DNA of 64,000 bases from Rhizophagus irregularis (Eukaryota). A program made the translations under genes and the position numbers. Under the pieces are notes generated by a model. The model worked only from the letters and a program-made list of their open reading frames with translations. It was not told the DNA's origin and did no database searches. Each line of letters opens with the position of its first letter. The stretch's first letter is position 1. The DNA is taken from assembly GCF_026210795.1 (NCBI RefSeq), contig NC_089432.1, positions 806,001 to 870,000 of the forward strand. The letters are read 5' to 3'. Positions 36,571-51,975 of the stretch are shown piece by piece.

Positions 36571-37599
36571 TTTCTTAAGTCATTATGAAATTTTAATATC
36601 TTATTTACTATCTTATATACAATTTTTTACATTATCTCGATTATTACAATTTTGAGTACATACATTTACAATAAATCAAATAAATAAAACATTAAAAAAT
36701 ATATGTATACATAAAACCAAAATTTATTAAATAATATTTCCATTATTTTAACATAAAATAACGAGGGATAAGTTGCTAAAAGAATAAATTATCGATTTTG
36801 TTATGTTTCAATACTTTAATGCTTTGAAGTCGTCAATAAAGTTGATATGCCATTCTGATGAAAAAAATTGAATGTTCTTGATGCTTACATTGCTTAAAAA
36901 AATTTAGCCCCGTCTTGAAAGATCCAGTTAATAAAATATGCAATTTATTACCTAGTTTAAAGTCACATTACTTTGGTGATTTGACCCTTGATCTGATCAT
37001 GATGATTTCTGACCATGATTTAAACTTTATGCATCATTTGACATCATATCTTATTAAACTAATCATATTATGAACATAATATAAAAAAAAAAGACAGCTT
37101 TTAAGCATATGCTAAAATCTCATAAATTTATTGAATATAATTATAAATAAAGCTAAGTACTAACAAATTAGTATCCTTGACAGTTTTCCTACATGAAAAT
37201 ATATGTAAAAATTTACTATACTATTATTAAGTGTATAGATAATAGGAGGGAAATTATTTTATATAGTTTTATGCCTATATCTTTTAATGTAAGTTTTAGG
37301 AGAAATTTTTTATTATAGTTGTTTTGGTCTTTAAAGATTTAATGAAATGTTAAAATATAAATAACTTTAATATTGAACTCAGATAATTATTTAATTGTGA
37401 CATTTTATACATCATTGTCATTAATTAATTATTGAACTAAAAATTCTGGACATTCGTTTTTTGCGCCAGAACATATGACCGGAATAAACAAATTACCAAT
37501 AAAATATTGCCAGATTTTTTTTTAAAAAAATTTAATCAGAATTATTGTCATAGATCTATTTTTTTATCGATATTTGATATTGATTCAAATATTTTTTCA

Positions 37600-38810
37600 T
37601 TATGTCTTTATTTCTTTAAACGTCAAAGAGTTAATGATAATTTGACTCAAGAAAATGAAAAAAATTCTGAAAATCCACAAGTTACGTTATGATGATAATA
37701 GAAATATGAAAATAAATTCGCTTCGGAAGGTGCAGCAAATATTTCAAAAAAATCTGCAGACAAAGTTTAAAATATTCGAATAAAATCTTTGCAAAATCAA
37801 ATTTTTTCTTCCGATGCAAATGTCGAACATGTTGTTGTAATGCGAGCTGTGTATTTTTTAGCAAAAAGGGATCCGCCTCTCCGACTTTTACCTTCCATTA
37901 TGGAAATAATGAAAGAATTAGGAACGCCACATATTTCTGATGGTTCAATTACATATACGAACGAGATTTCTGGACGCGAATTTTTAGTAGCAATATCTAA
38001 AATTATTGAATATGAAATTTGGGAAGAATTGTCCGATGCTACAGCATTTGGAGTAATGATCGATGAAAGTACAGATATTACAACAACGAAAACATTTGGA
38101 TATATATATTTCATATGTAACAAAACAAGAGACGCGTTTTTTGTGTCTTGTACCTTTAACTGTATGTGATGCAGAAAGTATTACACAAGTTTTAAAGATT
38201 TTATCAAAACTTGCGGCATTTGCCTCAGATGGTGCTTCAGTTATGTTAGGAAAAAATGAGGATGTTGCAGCAGAACTTTCTAGAATATTGAATTTTACAA
38301 AGATTAGTTAAAAAAATTTATGGTTATTTTAAAAATTCATGTTCCCATATTTCAAAAATTAAGAGAAATTCAGGATCTTTTGGATTGTCCTATTTTAAAA
38401 ATAAAGAGATTGTATGAGATACGTTGGCTTGGTATGAAGCTATTAAAAAATATTTGTAATCGATTCCTGCGTTACTTAAAGTTTTTGAAGAAGCAAAGAA
38501 TGATGGAGGTTGAGAATTATATTAAATTAACATCTTGTAAAATGTTAGCATTTTATATTTTCTTTATATTTTAGAACATGTATCACCGACACTTGAGTAA
38601 ATTTTTACAGAAAAGAAATTTACGATTTTCGGATATAGATTCAATGATAAAACTACGATTAATTCTATACCTAACAAATGATCAATTTCACAAATTTGGA
38701 TATAACGTTCGAAAATTTATTGATGAAATTAATCCGTTTGAAAATAATTCAATAGAATATATGGGACATAATCTTTCTTTTACCGAAAAAGATTATGATG
38801 ATTTTTAATG
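37600..38810 (+). pseudogene. Frameshifted hAT-superfamily (ZNF862-like) transposase remnant
   Basis: IDESTDITT, KHLDIYISYV, FASDGASVMLG and EIRWL are spread over several frames. Confidence 0.7.
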
Positions 38811-39699
38811 GATATATGTAACTATTCAACAAGTATTAAGTTTACCATAAATTACATCAGAAATTTGTTGTAACCATGAAGCTATCCATTTAAGTCAGCT
38901 TGTATGTGAAGTGGGCTCATTGCTTTATGATGAAAATTTTGGTCTTTGAACTCTCAGATTTTTAAATTAATTGTTGTCTGAGGTTAATATTAAGTCTGTC
39001 AGAATTTTCATGTAAGGTGAGATATTATCTCAAAAAAGTATACCAATGAGGTATCCTGATTTTTTATTGATAAGATTCGCAAATCCAGATATCCGGAAAA
39101 AAAAATATCCAGATCGATCCAAATCGATCCGGATAGTAGATATGGAGAATGGTAACACAAAATATTCATGTGAGCACGAAATATTTTTACGCTTAATATC
39201 TTTGTGGTCTAATAAATAGGCTGAGTCAATAGTAATAATTTGATCTAAAAACATGATGCCTTTTTGTTTTAAACTTTTTAGATGTGCAAATAAAAATTTT
39301 GGAATTGATAACAAAATGTGCTATTGGATGAAAATCTCCTTTTACTTTAAAATGGAAGTTAGACAAAAGTGATAGATTATAAAAATGAAAAGAAGTAAAT
39401 AAAGATTCTATACAAGAAAACAAATGTAATAGTATAACAAAAAGCAAAAAATATTGAATAGGATTATTAGATAACCAAATCTATATCGTGATAATAAAAT
39501 TAAAAATTTTGATGTATTGGATGTGTATGGGGAGTTGCTTGAGCTACGAAAAGTTAAGCTTGTGCTTTAATTTGATTGTCAAAAATATTAATTATATGCA
39601 GGTAAATGATGCTACGAGTTATGGAGTTGTAAATATTTTTTGGTAATTGTGTTGCTTGTTATTAGAAAGTTGAACATAAGATTGAGTTTATTTTAAGGC

Positions 39700-40290
39700 A
39701 TTGTGAAGGGTTGAGAAACATATATTGTATTAAGTATTTGATTGTTATGACTTTGATTATGTAGGTTATATGAATTTTTCTTTTTGATGAGAAATGATAT
39801 GTAATTGACCATCTTATTAACTTTTGTAATAGTGGTTTGTTGGAATAATTAGCGCTAATATAAACTCATAAGATCCTAGTTGCCTTTCCCAAAGGGAGCA
39901 TGTCAATATCAATGGAGTTTATGCTAAATTTGGTCATATTTTGTTGTTCATTAAGAACATGGTTTGGTTTTTTGTTTGTTGATTTTGATGTTTGCTAGTT
40001 GGTAAAAATCATCATTTATGGATAAATTATGCTCTGAGTTATGGGATATTATCTGTGATCCAAGTAGTGTCATCTAAGTATCCTTGTAATTTGTATTCTA
40101 GTTTTAATTGGTAAATGTCAATGGAATCAGCAGATGGTATATAAGTAGGTAATGAGGCTGTATAAGATATACCTGGGTGTGGTGAGTTATTAATGGCTTC
40201 AAACATTGGGTCATAATAAATGACCCAGAGTAAAGGACATATGGATTCTTCTTGGTCAATTCCTGTAATAATGTTCAATGGTCCACCTAT
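39700..40290 (-). pseudogene. Non-LTR retrotransposon reverse-transcriptase fragment
   Basis: TGIDQEESICPLLWVIYYDP and GYLDDTTW resemble the QG..SP and YxDD RT motifs; the sequence is interrupted by stops. Confidence 0.7.
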
Positions 40291-41689
40291 ACCTTTGATT
40301 TCTGTTCAGATTCACTTATTTTTTCTAATGCTATGCGTACCACATGATTCACTAAATTTCTGACATCATTATATGAAGCTAAAGCATTATTACTTACTGT
40401 ACTGAACCTGTACTAATGTTATTATCTCACCTAAAGTATTCTGTTTATAAGTAGATTTGAAAAATAAAACTAAACTATTTTTCTATAACATCTCTTTGCT
40501 TTAATTACATCAACTTTTTAAGCCCAATCCTCTAATTTCTTCAATGTCTGTCCATTTCAATATAATACGTTTAAATCAGGTAATTAAGGTGTACATTAAT
40601 ACAATTAATATTTCGTAACCAATTTTTTTATATTTTTGTATTGTAATGGTATTTTTCACCAAACAATGAAAAAGCTGATAATAAAGATGACAATGATGAA
40701 AAAATTTACGAAGATAACGAAAGTGATTAAACTACAAATGAGAATTTTGTATTTGTCATGATTGATTTGTAAATTAGCCACTATAAAAGCTCAATATCTC
40801 TTGGTTGTTATCTCCATTTCTTATAAAGTGTTAATTCAATTTAATAAATTTAATTTCAAATAAGAACCACTAGTATGTTTGGGATCATTATCCTGTTGGA
40901 AAATGATCTCATCATTAACTAATTCATCTATTGGATTGTTCTTAATGTATATTAATTTGGATGAAATTTTTAGAGTGGAAGAATGCAACTGATATTGTAC
41001 TTTTAATGTTATAATATATCACTATTTCATGTTTTCTATTCATATAAGTAGTGCATAATATATTAGATGGTAGATTTTTATAGTTACAATAACCCAAATT
41101 GTTTTGGAAAAATGTCATATATTGGGTTCTATCTCCATTTTCTGATGATAAGTTTCACGAAAAGTGTAATGTTTATCTCTCAAGTTTATAAATTGTAATT
41201 GAAGATTTATCATGGTGATGCACATTATGACTTCACTTTGTATCTTCTTCTTTTGCAATGTATATTTATTGAATTATTCATTAAATCATATTTTAAACAA
41301 TTTTTGCTACCATCCGTTATAAATTTTGATTAATCTTAATATTATTTAATATAAATATTTGTCAAATATGTATTTTTTGCAAATTTTGACCATAAATACT
41401 ACTGGTGATTTTATTTGAATTATAATTTTTATGTTTAATTCTGAAAGATATATTCGGAAGGGTATTTATTCTATGTAAAGTGATCCCCTTCACATCTTAA
41501 ACTAGAACATCCTGATGAATCCTTATATAACTTAAAATCATCATCATTCAATTTTCTCGCATTCCCTTACTTAGGTGAATAATGTTTTGATTGATGTTCT
41601 TGAAATTGTAGGCTTTATATTATTAAGAAAAAGAAATAATAAGTTATATTCACTCTGCACTATGTATTAATTTTGTGAATATAGTCTGA

Positions 41690-41800
41690 TTTGAAAGTTG
41701 TTAGGATGGATATAAACTTTTAATAAGATCAATAAAAAATGGATTTGATACAGTCTTAAATGGGATACCACAACATATGAAAATCTAGTAAGAGCATGAT
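41690..41800 (-). pseudogene. Degraded hAT-like transposase fragment
   Basis: Minus strand reads FICCGIPFKTVSNPFFIDLIK; the surrounding 40.3-45.2 kb looks like decayed element sequence. Confidence 0.5.
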
Positions 41801-44800
41801 TACATTATTGTGCTTTAGCATTATCAATTTCCACAGCAGGTTCAAATTTTGACGTTATTTTTGTTCGTACTGATGACATGACATTAGTTTTAGGCCATAT
41901 TTTTTGAGTGTATTGGCTATTGATGGATTTGCTGTAAGACTATTTGAAAAATCCATCAATAATATATAATTTTTAAATAATATTATCTTACTTGAACCCT
42001 TGATTTAGTAAAAACAAGCTATTGCTTGTGTGATCATATATTACTTTCAGAGTTTATTTTTATTTTGAATTTTTTTGTGTTCTCAAACTAAAATAAATAA
42101 AAACTAAGTATATTAAAAATGCAGATATTTTCTTTTAAAGCAAAACAACTTTCCTCTATTATTATTGTTATAACTATATTTACTATATAATTATTAATAA
42201 AGTTGTTTCATCTCTTAGATTTTTATGGTAATTCATTATTGCATATGCTTTATAAATTATTATTATGCATTGTGTTTGCTTCTTTTGACAATTCAATCTA
42301 CTAATTACTTCAAACTCACTATTGGTTGAGTAGTCACTTTTGGTGTCACTATTGTCGCTTAATTGCAGTTTGCATAATTTTCTTTTCCCCTTATTTGATG
42401 ATTTTTTTTGAGCTACTTCAACGTTATCACTATTATTGTCATCTGCATCACCCGTATCACTATTGGTCTGAGGACTGTTAGATTATTCAGGCTATTTGTA
42501 CTATAAGTCTATAAGTTACAATGATTGATAGTAAAAGTGGTAAAAATAATTTTCTATATGCAATTCTAAAATGGTTATAGCAATCAAGCATAGCATTATA
42601 TGACTTGAGATATGTCATTCTTTAAACAAAAAGTAAAATAATGGAAAATTAAATAATTTATTCATCAATAGTACTTCATAATGCTAATACTTTAGCTTTT
42701 ATTTCCATTATTGATATTGCATTTTGAAGTTTAAAATTTGCTGTAACTATGCCTATCTCAATAGAAGGATTAGACCACCTTTCTTATTTTGGAATTATGA
42801 ACTATTAATAATTGCGTTAATGGTTGTTTTATGAAACTAATCCCTTCTCTGAATTCCCATACAGAGCCTCCAATATTTAATGATTCATTAATTTAAAATT
42901 TGAATTAAAACAATTTACCTAACATAAATATAGTTTCATACACTTAATTGAGTTTTCTATAATTTGCTGGTAAAGTCAACTTATGAATAAAAAATATTAT
43001 ATCTTTTTAATTTCTTTGCAGTTATACCTATTGGCAATTTTCCATATGATTGTCTATCATGTTAAATGACTATATCATAAATTTTTTTCCAAGGATTTGT
43101 TTTTAATGAATAATGAATTAATATTATTGTTGTATCTAACTGATTTAATATTGTTATTGATTGATTGGAACATTGTATTCAACTTGTTTAAGAAAATAAA
43201 AGTAATAATATCTATATTAAAGCTAGGAATATTAATTTTTCATCCATCCTTGAGCATCCATTACCATAGTCGCATTCTCATTGCACATTCTTGCTGTTTC
43301 ACTAAGTTGAGCTTGGGTTTCTTCAAGTTGTACATTTTGAAAAATTTAACCTCTTTGCACAGTTGCATTACCATGACCTTCAAGCCAATGCATTATTCGA
43401 AGCCACAACGATCAAAATATACCTCTCAGACCTTCATTTAATTGATCTTTTATATTGATTTCATTTTCTAATTTTGCAATGTGATTTTGAAGTTCGATTA
43501 TTCTATCAGTAGAATTTCTTTCTTGTATTTCAATAGTGGGATTTTCTATCTGAAGTTGTTTCATATTATCTAACCATTTAAACTCCCCATTCAGTTCCCA
43601 TGGTTGTTTAATTTCTTAAATGACCAATGATCATATCCTTGTCCTGGGAATAAAATTGTTTTTCTGTTTAAACTTAAATATATAAGGAGATGATCATAGT
43701 TATTCTTCTAAAGGTGGTATAGTGTTATCAACCAAATACCCACTTGATGTTTTTTCTCTATATTCAGATATATATAAAATAGTTGAAAATTTGAGTGGGC
43801 ATTTTTTATGAAGAACAAATATTTATAAAAGTTTTTGTTATAAAATTTTTTTAGAAAAAATTTTCATTAAAAAATTATTTTTCAGGAGAATTCAGGAGAA
43901 AAATTTTTTTAGTTTTATCATTTCTATTAAGTTTCTAGTTTGATAATTCAATTTCTAGTAAAGTGAACTCTATCTTAAAAGTTTAATAATATGAGAATTT
44001 ATATCCAAAATAATCCATTTTCATACTTTTTACTGCTATATATCAGCTGAAAAGATTGGTGAAGACCATCGTCACATTCACTAATTCTATATATGTTTTA
44101 ATTTCTTTGTAGTTACCAATGTTTTCATATGATGTTAAATACTTAAATGTATAGCACGTTTTGGTAGACCAGAAATTGAGTTATATGATTGTAAAGTTGA
44201 TTCATTATCCAAACAATTATCTATTGCAACTGAATCCATTTGTAAGTCTTCATGGGGATCATCATTTTCGATATCATCTATTGTGATTACTGAATTATTA
44301 TTAACATCACTTCGTTTTTGTGTTGGTAATACAAAAGGATCTTTGTATTTGGAAGTGGATGATTTTACTGGTGTGTATCATAAATTTTTGTTTCTAATGG
44401 CTAATGAATTGATTTTATTATTATTTCTAACTGATTGGTTGGAGCATTGTACTCTTTATTTCTATATGATCATGGTCATTAGATAGTTATGGTAGATGCA
44501 CTATAACGGAGAGAGAATCTGTCTCTTTTTATCAATGTATGTTAACACTACATATAGGCCTGTAATTCCAATCGTTGTAAATACTTGATTTTTTCTACCT
44601 AAGAATCATTCTAACATTCTCTAAATTATCTGGATTTATGTGATCATTGGTGTATACCGTTGCAGTTCCCAGGACTTATAAGCTGATATTTGTAGGATAA
44701 TAAAATATTTGTTTAAAATAGCCCATTCCCTTGATGGCTAGAATTTTATAAAATTCTTTTATTTTATCAGGTTTATTGTTCAATATTGATTTCATGATTT

Positions 44801-46509
44801 GTTAATTTTAGCCTTTTTTGATTGTTAGATTTTGTTCTCATAATCACTTGAAAAGAATATATTTTTCATTTACTATATTTTGACTTATAAGATCATAATA
44901 ATATATGGAACGTTTAGCATATATATATCATTTATATATAGTATTATCTTATGGAAACGCTGAGTATATTTGATCAAAAGATCTTTGATAGCCCAATCTG
45001 CCATCATGGGTGGAATAAGTGGTTAATAATAATCATATATTTTCATATTTAAACTTATTTTATTCATTTATTATATTTCTAAAGAGTGGTTATCAAAATC
45101 CATTCTCCAGATATCCTAAAATTTTTCAGAAAAATGATCACGTGTCTGAGTTTCTTCAGAATAAAAACTAGAAAAATGATTATTTATTAGAGTTTTTTTC
45201 AGAATTTTTTTTATAGGGATAACATTATATGAGATAATTTTGTAAATCAGGAGAATTTGTTGATTTTATATCTGAATAAATTTTGTGGCTTATTGATTTT
45301 GACTGAGAAGTTACATTGTTCATGATGACTTTTAACAAAGCCACATATATACACATATTAGTTTAGGGCTAAGTTAGAAGTGGGCATAGCCACTTGATCT
45401 TTAACTTTTATCAATGACAGATCTAGCATTTGGCAAGTTGTAATTTGTTTACAATTATGATTATATGCTTATTAATATTTGATATGCTTTTTGAGAAAAG
45501 CCACGAAAGCCACATAAACATATCATGTAATTTTTTTAAATTTCTATTCAGAATGTTGTACTACCACATAGCCATATACAAATTTATTTAGTTTTTGTTA
45601 ACAATATTCTATGACACAATTATCACATGCTTATCTAAAATGAAAAATTTTAATATGCAATGTTTATTCTTTATACCAAAGAATTACCCTAAAAATAGGG
45701 AAGTCTTGAAAGAAAATTGAACTCCGTTGCCTGTCTATTCCAATAAAATGATTATCGGAGAGAGTGGTATAATTGTTGTACACTTAAACGTGAATGAAAG
45801 GAAGTGCATTTTCTATTAACAGAAGAATAACTACCAGTTTCAGCATTAATTCTTATCAACAAAACTTTTAATCAGTTGTTTCTTTATTTCGTCCTGTCAA
45901 TTGTTGTATTTTCAAATATACTTCCGTTTGTTAATAATTTTTTATAGAATAAATTAATTAATAAATTAAAAATAAAAATATTACTTAAAAGTAGTAATTC
46001 ATATTGTCATAAAACTTTTTATAAATTTTATTTTTACATTACTCTATACCAATGAAATAACAATATTATTAGAAGTTTTTATTTTAATTTTGCAATTTGA
46101 CAAACGAATATATGCGACCTTTTTATTCAACCCATAATAAATAATTATTTATTTAAATTCCCAAATTAAAATAATTAAAATACCGAGAAATTAAATGATG
46201 AGATAAATAAAGGCAGAAAATAATTATGAAGTAAATTAGAAATTAATCAAGCGGGAAATAAAAAAAAAACTCCTGTTTAATGGGAAATTTATTTTTTATT
46301 GATATTTACCTAATAATGGCCATATGTATCCTTAAATATACAATATAAACATAAATATAAAATAATCAATAACATAACTGATACTAATCATAATTTACAC
46401 CAATTATAATTAACACTAATCATAATAACATAACTGATACTAATCATAATACACTAATTATAATTGACACTAATCATAATACATTACAACATTATTGTAA
46501 ATAATTCAC

Positions 46510-47400
46510 TTATCCATTCAATAACTTTTTTAATGCATTTTGAGCATCTTCATCTCCTTGGTTAGAGGATTTCTCATACCAATAAATTGCTTTATTTTTA
46601 TCTTTTTCAGTTCCATATCCGTTTTCATACATCCAGGCAAGATTATATTGAGAAGAGCAATTCCCTAAATTAGCTGCCTTTAGAAATAATTCAAAAATTT
46701 TTTTATAATCTTTTTCAACAACTAATCCGTCGATATACATTTGAGCAAGATTATATTGTGCTATACAATTACCCAAATCTGCTGCTTTTTGATACAAATT
46801 AAAAGCCTGTTGCATATTAACATCAGTTCCAATTCCATTATCATAACAATATCCTAAAAGATTTAATCCACCTGAATATTCTTTTTCTGCCAACTTTTTA
46901 GATAATTTAAAAGCATTTTCATAATCTTTATCACCACCCACTCCATCAATACACATATTAGCAAAGTCAAATAATGCTGCATTATTTTCTAATTCTGCTG
47001 CTTTTCGATATAATTCAAACGCTTTTTGTATATTAATAGCAATTCCAATACCATAATAATTAAAAAATCCAAGTAAATAAATAGAATTTGAAACTTTTTG
47101 ATTATTTAAGAGCCAATTATAAATTTCTTGTAAATTTATCCTGTAATTATTAATACAATCAAGTACATGTTTTTTCCTTATTTTTTTACTTTTCCCTTCA
47201 TTTAATTCCTTAAAATAAAGATCAATCATTTCATCAATTACAATACTTAAATCTTCTTCATATATATTATTATTAATATTTTGAGTCGTAGGTTCTATTT
47301 CTTTCATATTCACTTTATTAAAATTTTGACCATGTGATGGATTACAAATATTTGACACCTCTAAATTGCTAATAATATACATTTTAACGTTGTTAGTCAT
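46510..47400 (-). CDS. Kinase-less Sel1-repeat protein, 296 aa
   Basis: Intact ORF, family N-terminal motif, about 5 SLR units. Confidence 0.9.
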   Translation of the reverse strand: MTNNVKMYIISNLEVSNICNPSHGQNFNKVNMKEIEPTTQNINNNIYEEDLSIVIDEMIDLYFKELNEGKSKKIRKKHVLDCINNYRINLQEIYNWLLNNQKVSNSIYLLGFFNYYGIGIAINIQKAFELYRKAAELENNAALFDFANMCIDGVGGDKDYENAFKLSKKLAEKEYSGGLNLLGYCYDNGIGTDVNMQQAFNLYQKAADLGNCIAQYNLAQMYIDGLVVEKDYKKIFELFLKAANLGNCSSQYNLAWMYENGYGTEKDKNKAIYWYEKSSNQGDEDAQNALKKLLNG

Positions 47401-47983
47401 AAAGAAAAACTATAGAAAATTTAAATTTCTATCGACATACGTTTATTTATTTTGTATACGGTAGTACAGGTAACAATACAGTTAATTTAGTTTAGTATTG
47501 CAGATCAATTTTTAAGCCACAACCTATGAACACAGTCACCTGACCATATGTTATGTGATTTATTTGATTTGACATTAAGTTAAGAGCTAAAGAACACTAG
47601 GAGTCAATCATAGTGCGAAACTAATAACGAGCTAGAATTACAAAATAATTTCAAAATAGAAATAGCTAAATAATATATAATAACTAAACACAAAGAAAAT
47701 TTTTTAAAAAATTTTGTTTGTACGACTTTACCACGTGATTTTAAAGATATAAATTTAGTTAATTTAATTTCTATCGAAGTTTAACTTCCTATCAAAAGAT
47801 TAATACACTGTTAAATAAAAATAAGATAAAATAAAGTTAAGTTTAACTTCCTATCAATGAATTTCAAAAGTATTTGAATTTTTAAAAAACATTTTTGATC
47901 GTTTGATATATTTTAAAAATACATAAATTTTATAAAAATTAATATCGATAAACCAACCCCATACGTTTTTAAAAATAATTGAT

Positions 47984-49009
47984 TCAATTTTCTGAAATAA
48001 ATCCAAAGATTTTTAACTTTTTTTTTGCTCTTTTATGTCCTTGTTTAGCAGATTTCTTATACCAATAAATTGCTTTGGTTATATCTTTTTCAACTTGATA
48101 TCCATTTTCATACATCAAACCAAGATTATATTGAGCAAACCGATTTTCTAAATTTGCTGACTTTTGACATAATTCAAATGTTTTTTGTAAATCAATAACA
48201 GTACCAAATCCTTCTTTATAACACCATCCCAAACTATTCAATGCACTTGTATTCCCTAAATATGCTGCTTCCTCATATAAATCAAATGCTTTTTTTTTAT
48301 TTAAACTAGTTCCAATTCCACAATGGTAACAACACCCTAAGCTATATATTCCATGTGAATTTCCTAAATCCGCTGCATCTTGATATAATTTAAATGCTTT
48401 TTCTTTATTAATATCAGTTCCAATTCCATTATAATAACAAAATCCCAATTTTTCTACCGCACTTGGAATATCACTTGCTGCTAAGTTATTAATTAATTCA
48501 AAGGCTTTATCATAATTTTTTTCAATACCGCTTCCAAATATATACATAGTAGCAATATCTAATTGGGCTACCATATTTTTTAATTCTGCTGCAGTGTAAT
48601 ATAATTCAAATGCTTTTTGTTCATTAGTATTAGTTATAATTCCATGATAATTGAAAAATCCAAGCAAATAAATAGAATTTGAACTATTTTGATTATTTAA
48701 AAGCCAATTATAGATTTCTTGTATGATTATATTATGAATATCAATATAATCAAGAATTTCTTTCTTTCTTACATTATTATCGATTCCTTTATTTAAATTC
48801 TTCATATTAAGGTCAATCAATTTATCAACTACAATACCTAAATCTCCTTCATAAATATTTTCATTAATATTTTGAGTTGTAGGTTTAATTTCCTTCATAT
48901 CTATTTTATTAAAATTTTGAATAATTCGAATCATTTTTTCATGTGATAAATCGTAGGAGTTTGATGTATACATTTTATCTAAATTTTTAGTAACATGGAT
49001 TTCGGACAT
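47984..49009 (-). CDS. Kinase-less Sel1-repeat protein, 341 aa
   Basis: Intact ORF, family N-terminal motif, about 6 SLR units. Confidence 0.9.
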   Translation of the reverse strand: MSEIHVTKNLDKMYTSNSYDLSHEKMIRIIQNFNKIDMKEIKPTTQNINENIYEGDLGIVVDKLIDLNMKNLNKGIDNNVRKKEILDYIDIHNIIIQEIYNWLLNNQNSSNSIYLLGFFNYHGIITNTNEQKAFELYYTAAELKNMVAQLDIATMYIFGSGIEKNYDKAFELINNLAASDIPSAVEKLGFCYYNGIGTDINKEKAFKLYQDAADLGNSHGIYSLGCCYHCGIGTSLNKKKAFDLYEEAAYLGNTSALNSLGWCYKEGFGTVIDLQKTFELCQKSANLENRFAQYNLGLMYENGYQVEKDITKAIYWYKKSAKQGHKRAKKKLKIFGFISEN

Positions 49010-51081
49010 TATGAATAATAATAGCGATAGAATGCAGAAAAAAAAAATTGGGAATATTTGTGATTATTTATTTTGTATACAGTAGTACAACTGTACAACC
49101 GACGGTCAATTTTTCGCAGATCAATTCCTGCGGTATTTTAATGAATTTTGAGCTGCGTCTAATAAAACTGTTAATCTATTTAAAGTACTTATATTTTCCG
49201 CAATTCATAGTTATAATTAGCTTTACAATTATACATACTGTTAAAAAATAAAAATATAAAGAATTTTCAAAAATAAAATAAATAAATAATCAATTTCTAT
49301 TTTTATTTACATTTAAAATATTTTAAATTAATTTTTTTTTACAATAATTTTTACGATTACAAATATTTTTTCTTTTCTGAAAAAGGAAAAAAAAATATTT
49401 AACTAAGAAACATTATTTATTATCAAATCATTATTAATATATTTGAATATGTTTGAAAATTATATATAAATTTTATTATATATCTATTACACTATAACAT
49501 TTTTTTTTTATGTTTATTGAATTGCTTTGTTAATGATATATTAATAAATCAATACCGCCTTGTTCACGTGATAATTCATTATAAATAATTTAATATAAAT
49601 AATTTGTTTTATTAAAAATCAAGCTATTAAAATCATTATTGATTCTATAGTGTGATCATGAGAAGTCTATATAATAAAACACTTATCGTCTTATCATATA
49701 TGTCTTTGGACAATACCCTGCCGTATTCGATTTGGGTTACTTATGTGGACAATCTGAGCCTGTCAAATGGTCCCAATTAAAACCAGTACGTTTTTATTTA
49801 AATAATATACAAGAAGTATATAATATTATTTAAATTATATTAATTATATCATTATTGTTTATTAATGTATTAAAGAAAATTTCTTGGTCTGGATGAACTG
49901 CACTGTTTATTAACATCAGTAAATTCATTACAAAATTAACCTTAAACTGATATTTTTTTCCAAAGTTTCATTACATTTAAATAATATTTAAGCAAATTAC
50001 AGTATATTGTTAATTTATTATTGAGTCAACTTTTATGTATAGATTCAAACTATAAAATGTAGAAAATCATTTTAATTACCCTATTATTTATATTTAACCT
50101 TTTATGATAAGATACTGCAAATGAGATATTAATAAAATTTGGTATTCTGAGAACATTACGCTTTTTTTGGATTATTGCGGATTGAGTAGTTTGCCTCTTT
50201 CTATATCTAAATGGATAAATATAATAATCCTGTATTATTATTAGTGTTCTTTATGGATAAAGTCGAATCAAATTTAATTACATTTGAATTTTGAATTGAT
50301 TGAATTGAATCAAAAAATCTAGATTCAAATTATAATTAAATTTGGATTCAATTTGTATTTGATTTTAATAAATTACATTTTGGAATTAAAGTTAGAAAGA
50401 TGACGTTAACAGGATCTTATTTTCTCAAGTCACGTACAAAAGTTTTCAAGAAACAAAGTGGTAGTGTGACACTGGATTATTAGATAGTACTGACAACAAG
50501 GGTCGTCGGGTCTTTTCTGTTGTTTAACACGCGTAAGCGTATAGAATACAACTATTCTGGGATTAGATTCATAGGTTCGCTACTACCTTTATAGCACTAG
50601 GTTGAGGGTTGAAATATACCCTTCATGTTGTTGTTTTGTTGTTGTATTTAAATAGATGCCTTTATTGATATGATGTATTTTTTTACGTCTATGTTTTTGG
50701 AAATTTCCGCAATACTAGTAAAGGTTAAATTTTTTTTTAAAAAAAAAAATTCAGTCACAACATCATAAACTAGTAAAGAATACAAATAATGTTGATATAT
50801 TATTATTATTTATGAATTGAATGAAAGACTAATAATGAAAACATAATTATTTACAAGTATTCAGGATTAAATAAATTCAAAAATCTTGATGATAATTAAA
50901 ATAATATTTGCTTGATAATAATAAGCACAATATATATATATATATAATAGTATATACAAATGCGATTATATAACAATTTTTAGTTTGACATAACATGATT
51001 ATTTAATTTTATTCGCCAACAATTTCAAATAATACAATACTTTGAATACTTTGGTACTAGAACTAAAAAACTAAAGCTCGC

Positions 51082-51975
51082 TCAATTTTTTAAAAGTTGT
51101 TTCAATTTATCTTGAGAATATACAGAATAAACAATTCCTTGTTCAGAAGATTTTTTATACCAATAAATTGCTTGATCTATATTTTTTTCGGTTCCATGTC
51201 CATATTCATACCTCCGAGCAAGAATTATTTGAGCTAATTCATATCCAGAATTTGCTGCCTTTTGAAATAATTCAAATGCTTTTGTATAATCTAAGTCAAT
51301 TACTTCTCCCTTTACGTAACAACGTCCTAAATTATAGATGCCTTTTATATCTCCTAATTCTGCCGCTTTTTGATATAGTTTGAATGCTTTTTGTTTATTA
51401 ACACTAGTTCCAATTCCAGAATTATAACAATCTGCTAACATGTTTATTCCACATGAATATTTTTTTTCTGATAATTCTTCAGATAATTCAAAACCTTTTT
51501 TATTATTTTTATTATAATCTATATTAATTTCTTTCCCATATAAATACATCTGAGCAAGTTCAAATTTAACTAACGTATTTCCCAATTCCGTCGCTTTTTG
51601 ATATAATTTAAATGCCTCCCATTTATTTTCATTGGTTATAATTCCATGATATTTAAAATATCCAAGTAAATAAATAGAATTTGAAGTAGTTTTATCATTT
51701 AGTAATTTATAATAAATATCTTGTAGATTAATCTTGTAACTATTAAAATAATTAAGAACAAACTTTTTTCTTGCGCTTATATTTTTTCCATTATTTATTT
51801 CCTGAAAATGAAGATTAATCAAATCATCAATCATAATATTTAAATCATCATCAATATATTTATTAATATATTGGGTTGTAGGTTCTATTTCCAATATATT
51901 TACTTTAAAAAAATTTTGAATTAATTGTTGTTTATTTGATAATTTAGAAGAATTATTATCTGTATTATCAGGCAT
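51082..51975 (-). CDS. Kinase-less Sel1-repeat protein, ~297 aa
   Basis: Intact ORF; first true ATG at 51975 (the track start is TTG); about 5 SLR units. Confidence 0.85.
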   Translation of the reverse strand: MPDNTDNNSSKLSNKQQLIQNFFKVNILEIEPTTQYINKYIDDDLNIMIDDLINLHFQEINNGKNISARKKFVLNYFNSYKINLQDIYYKLLNDKTTSNSIYLLGYFKYHGIITNENKWEAFKLYQKATELGNTLVKFELAQMYLYGKEINIDYNKNNKKGFELSEELSEKKYSCGINMLADCYNSGIGTSVNKQKAFKLYQKAAELGDIKGIYNLGRCYVKGEVIDLDYTKAFELFQKAANSGYELAQIILARRYEYGHGTEKNIDQAIYWYKKSSEQGIVYSVYSQDKLKQLLKN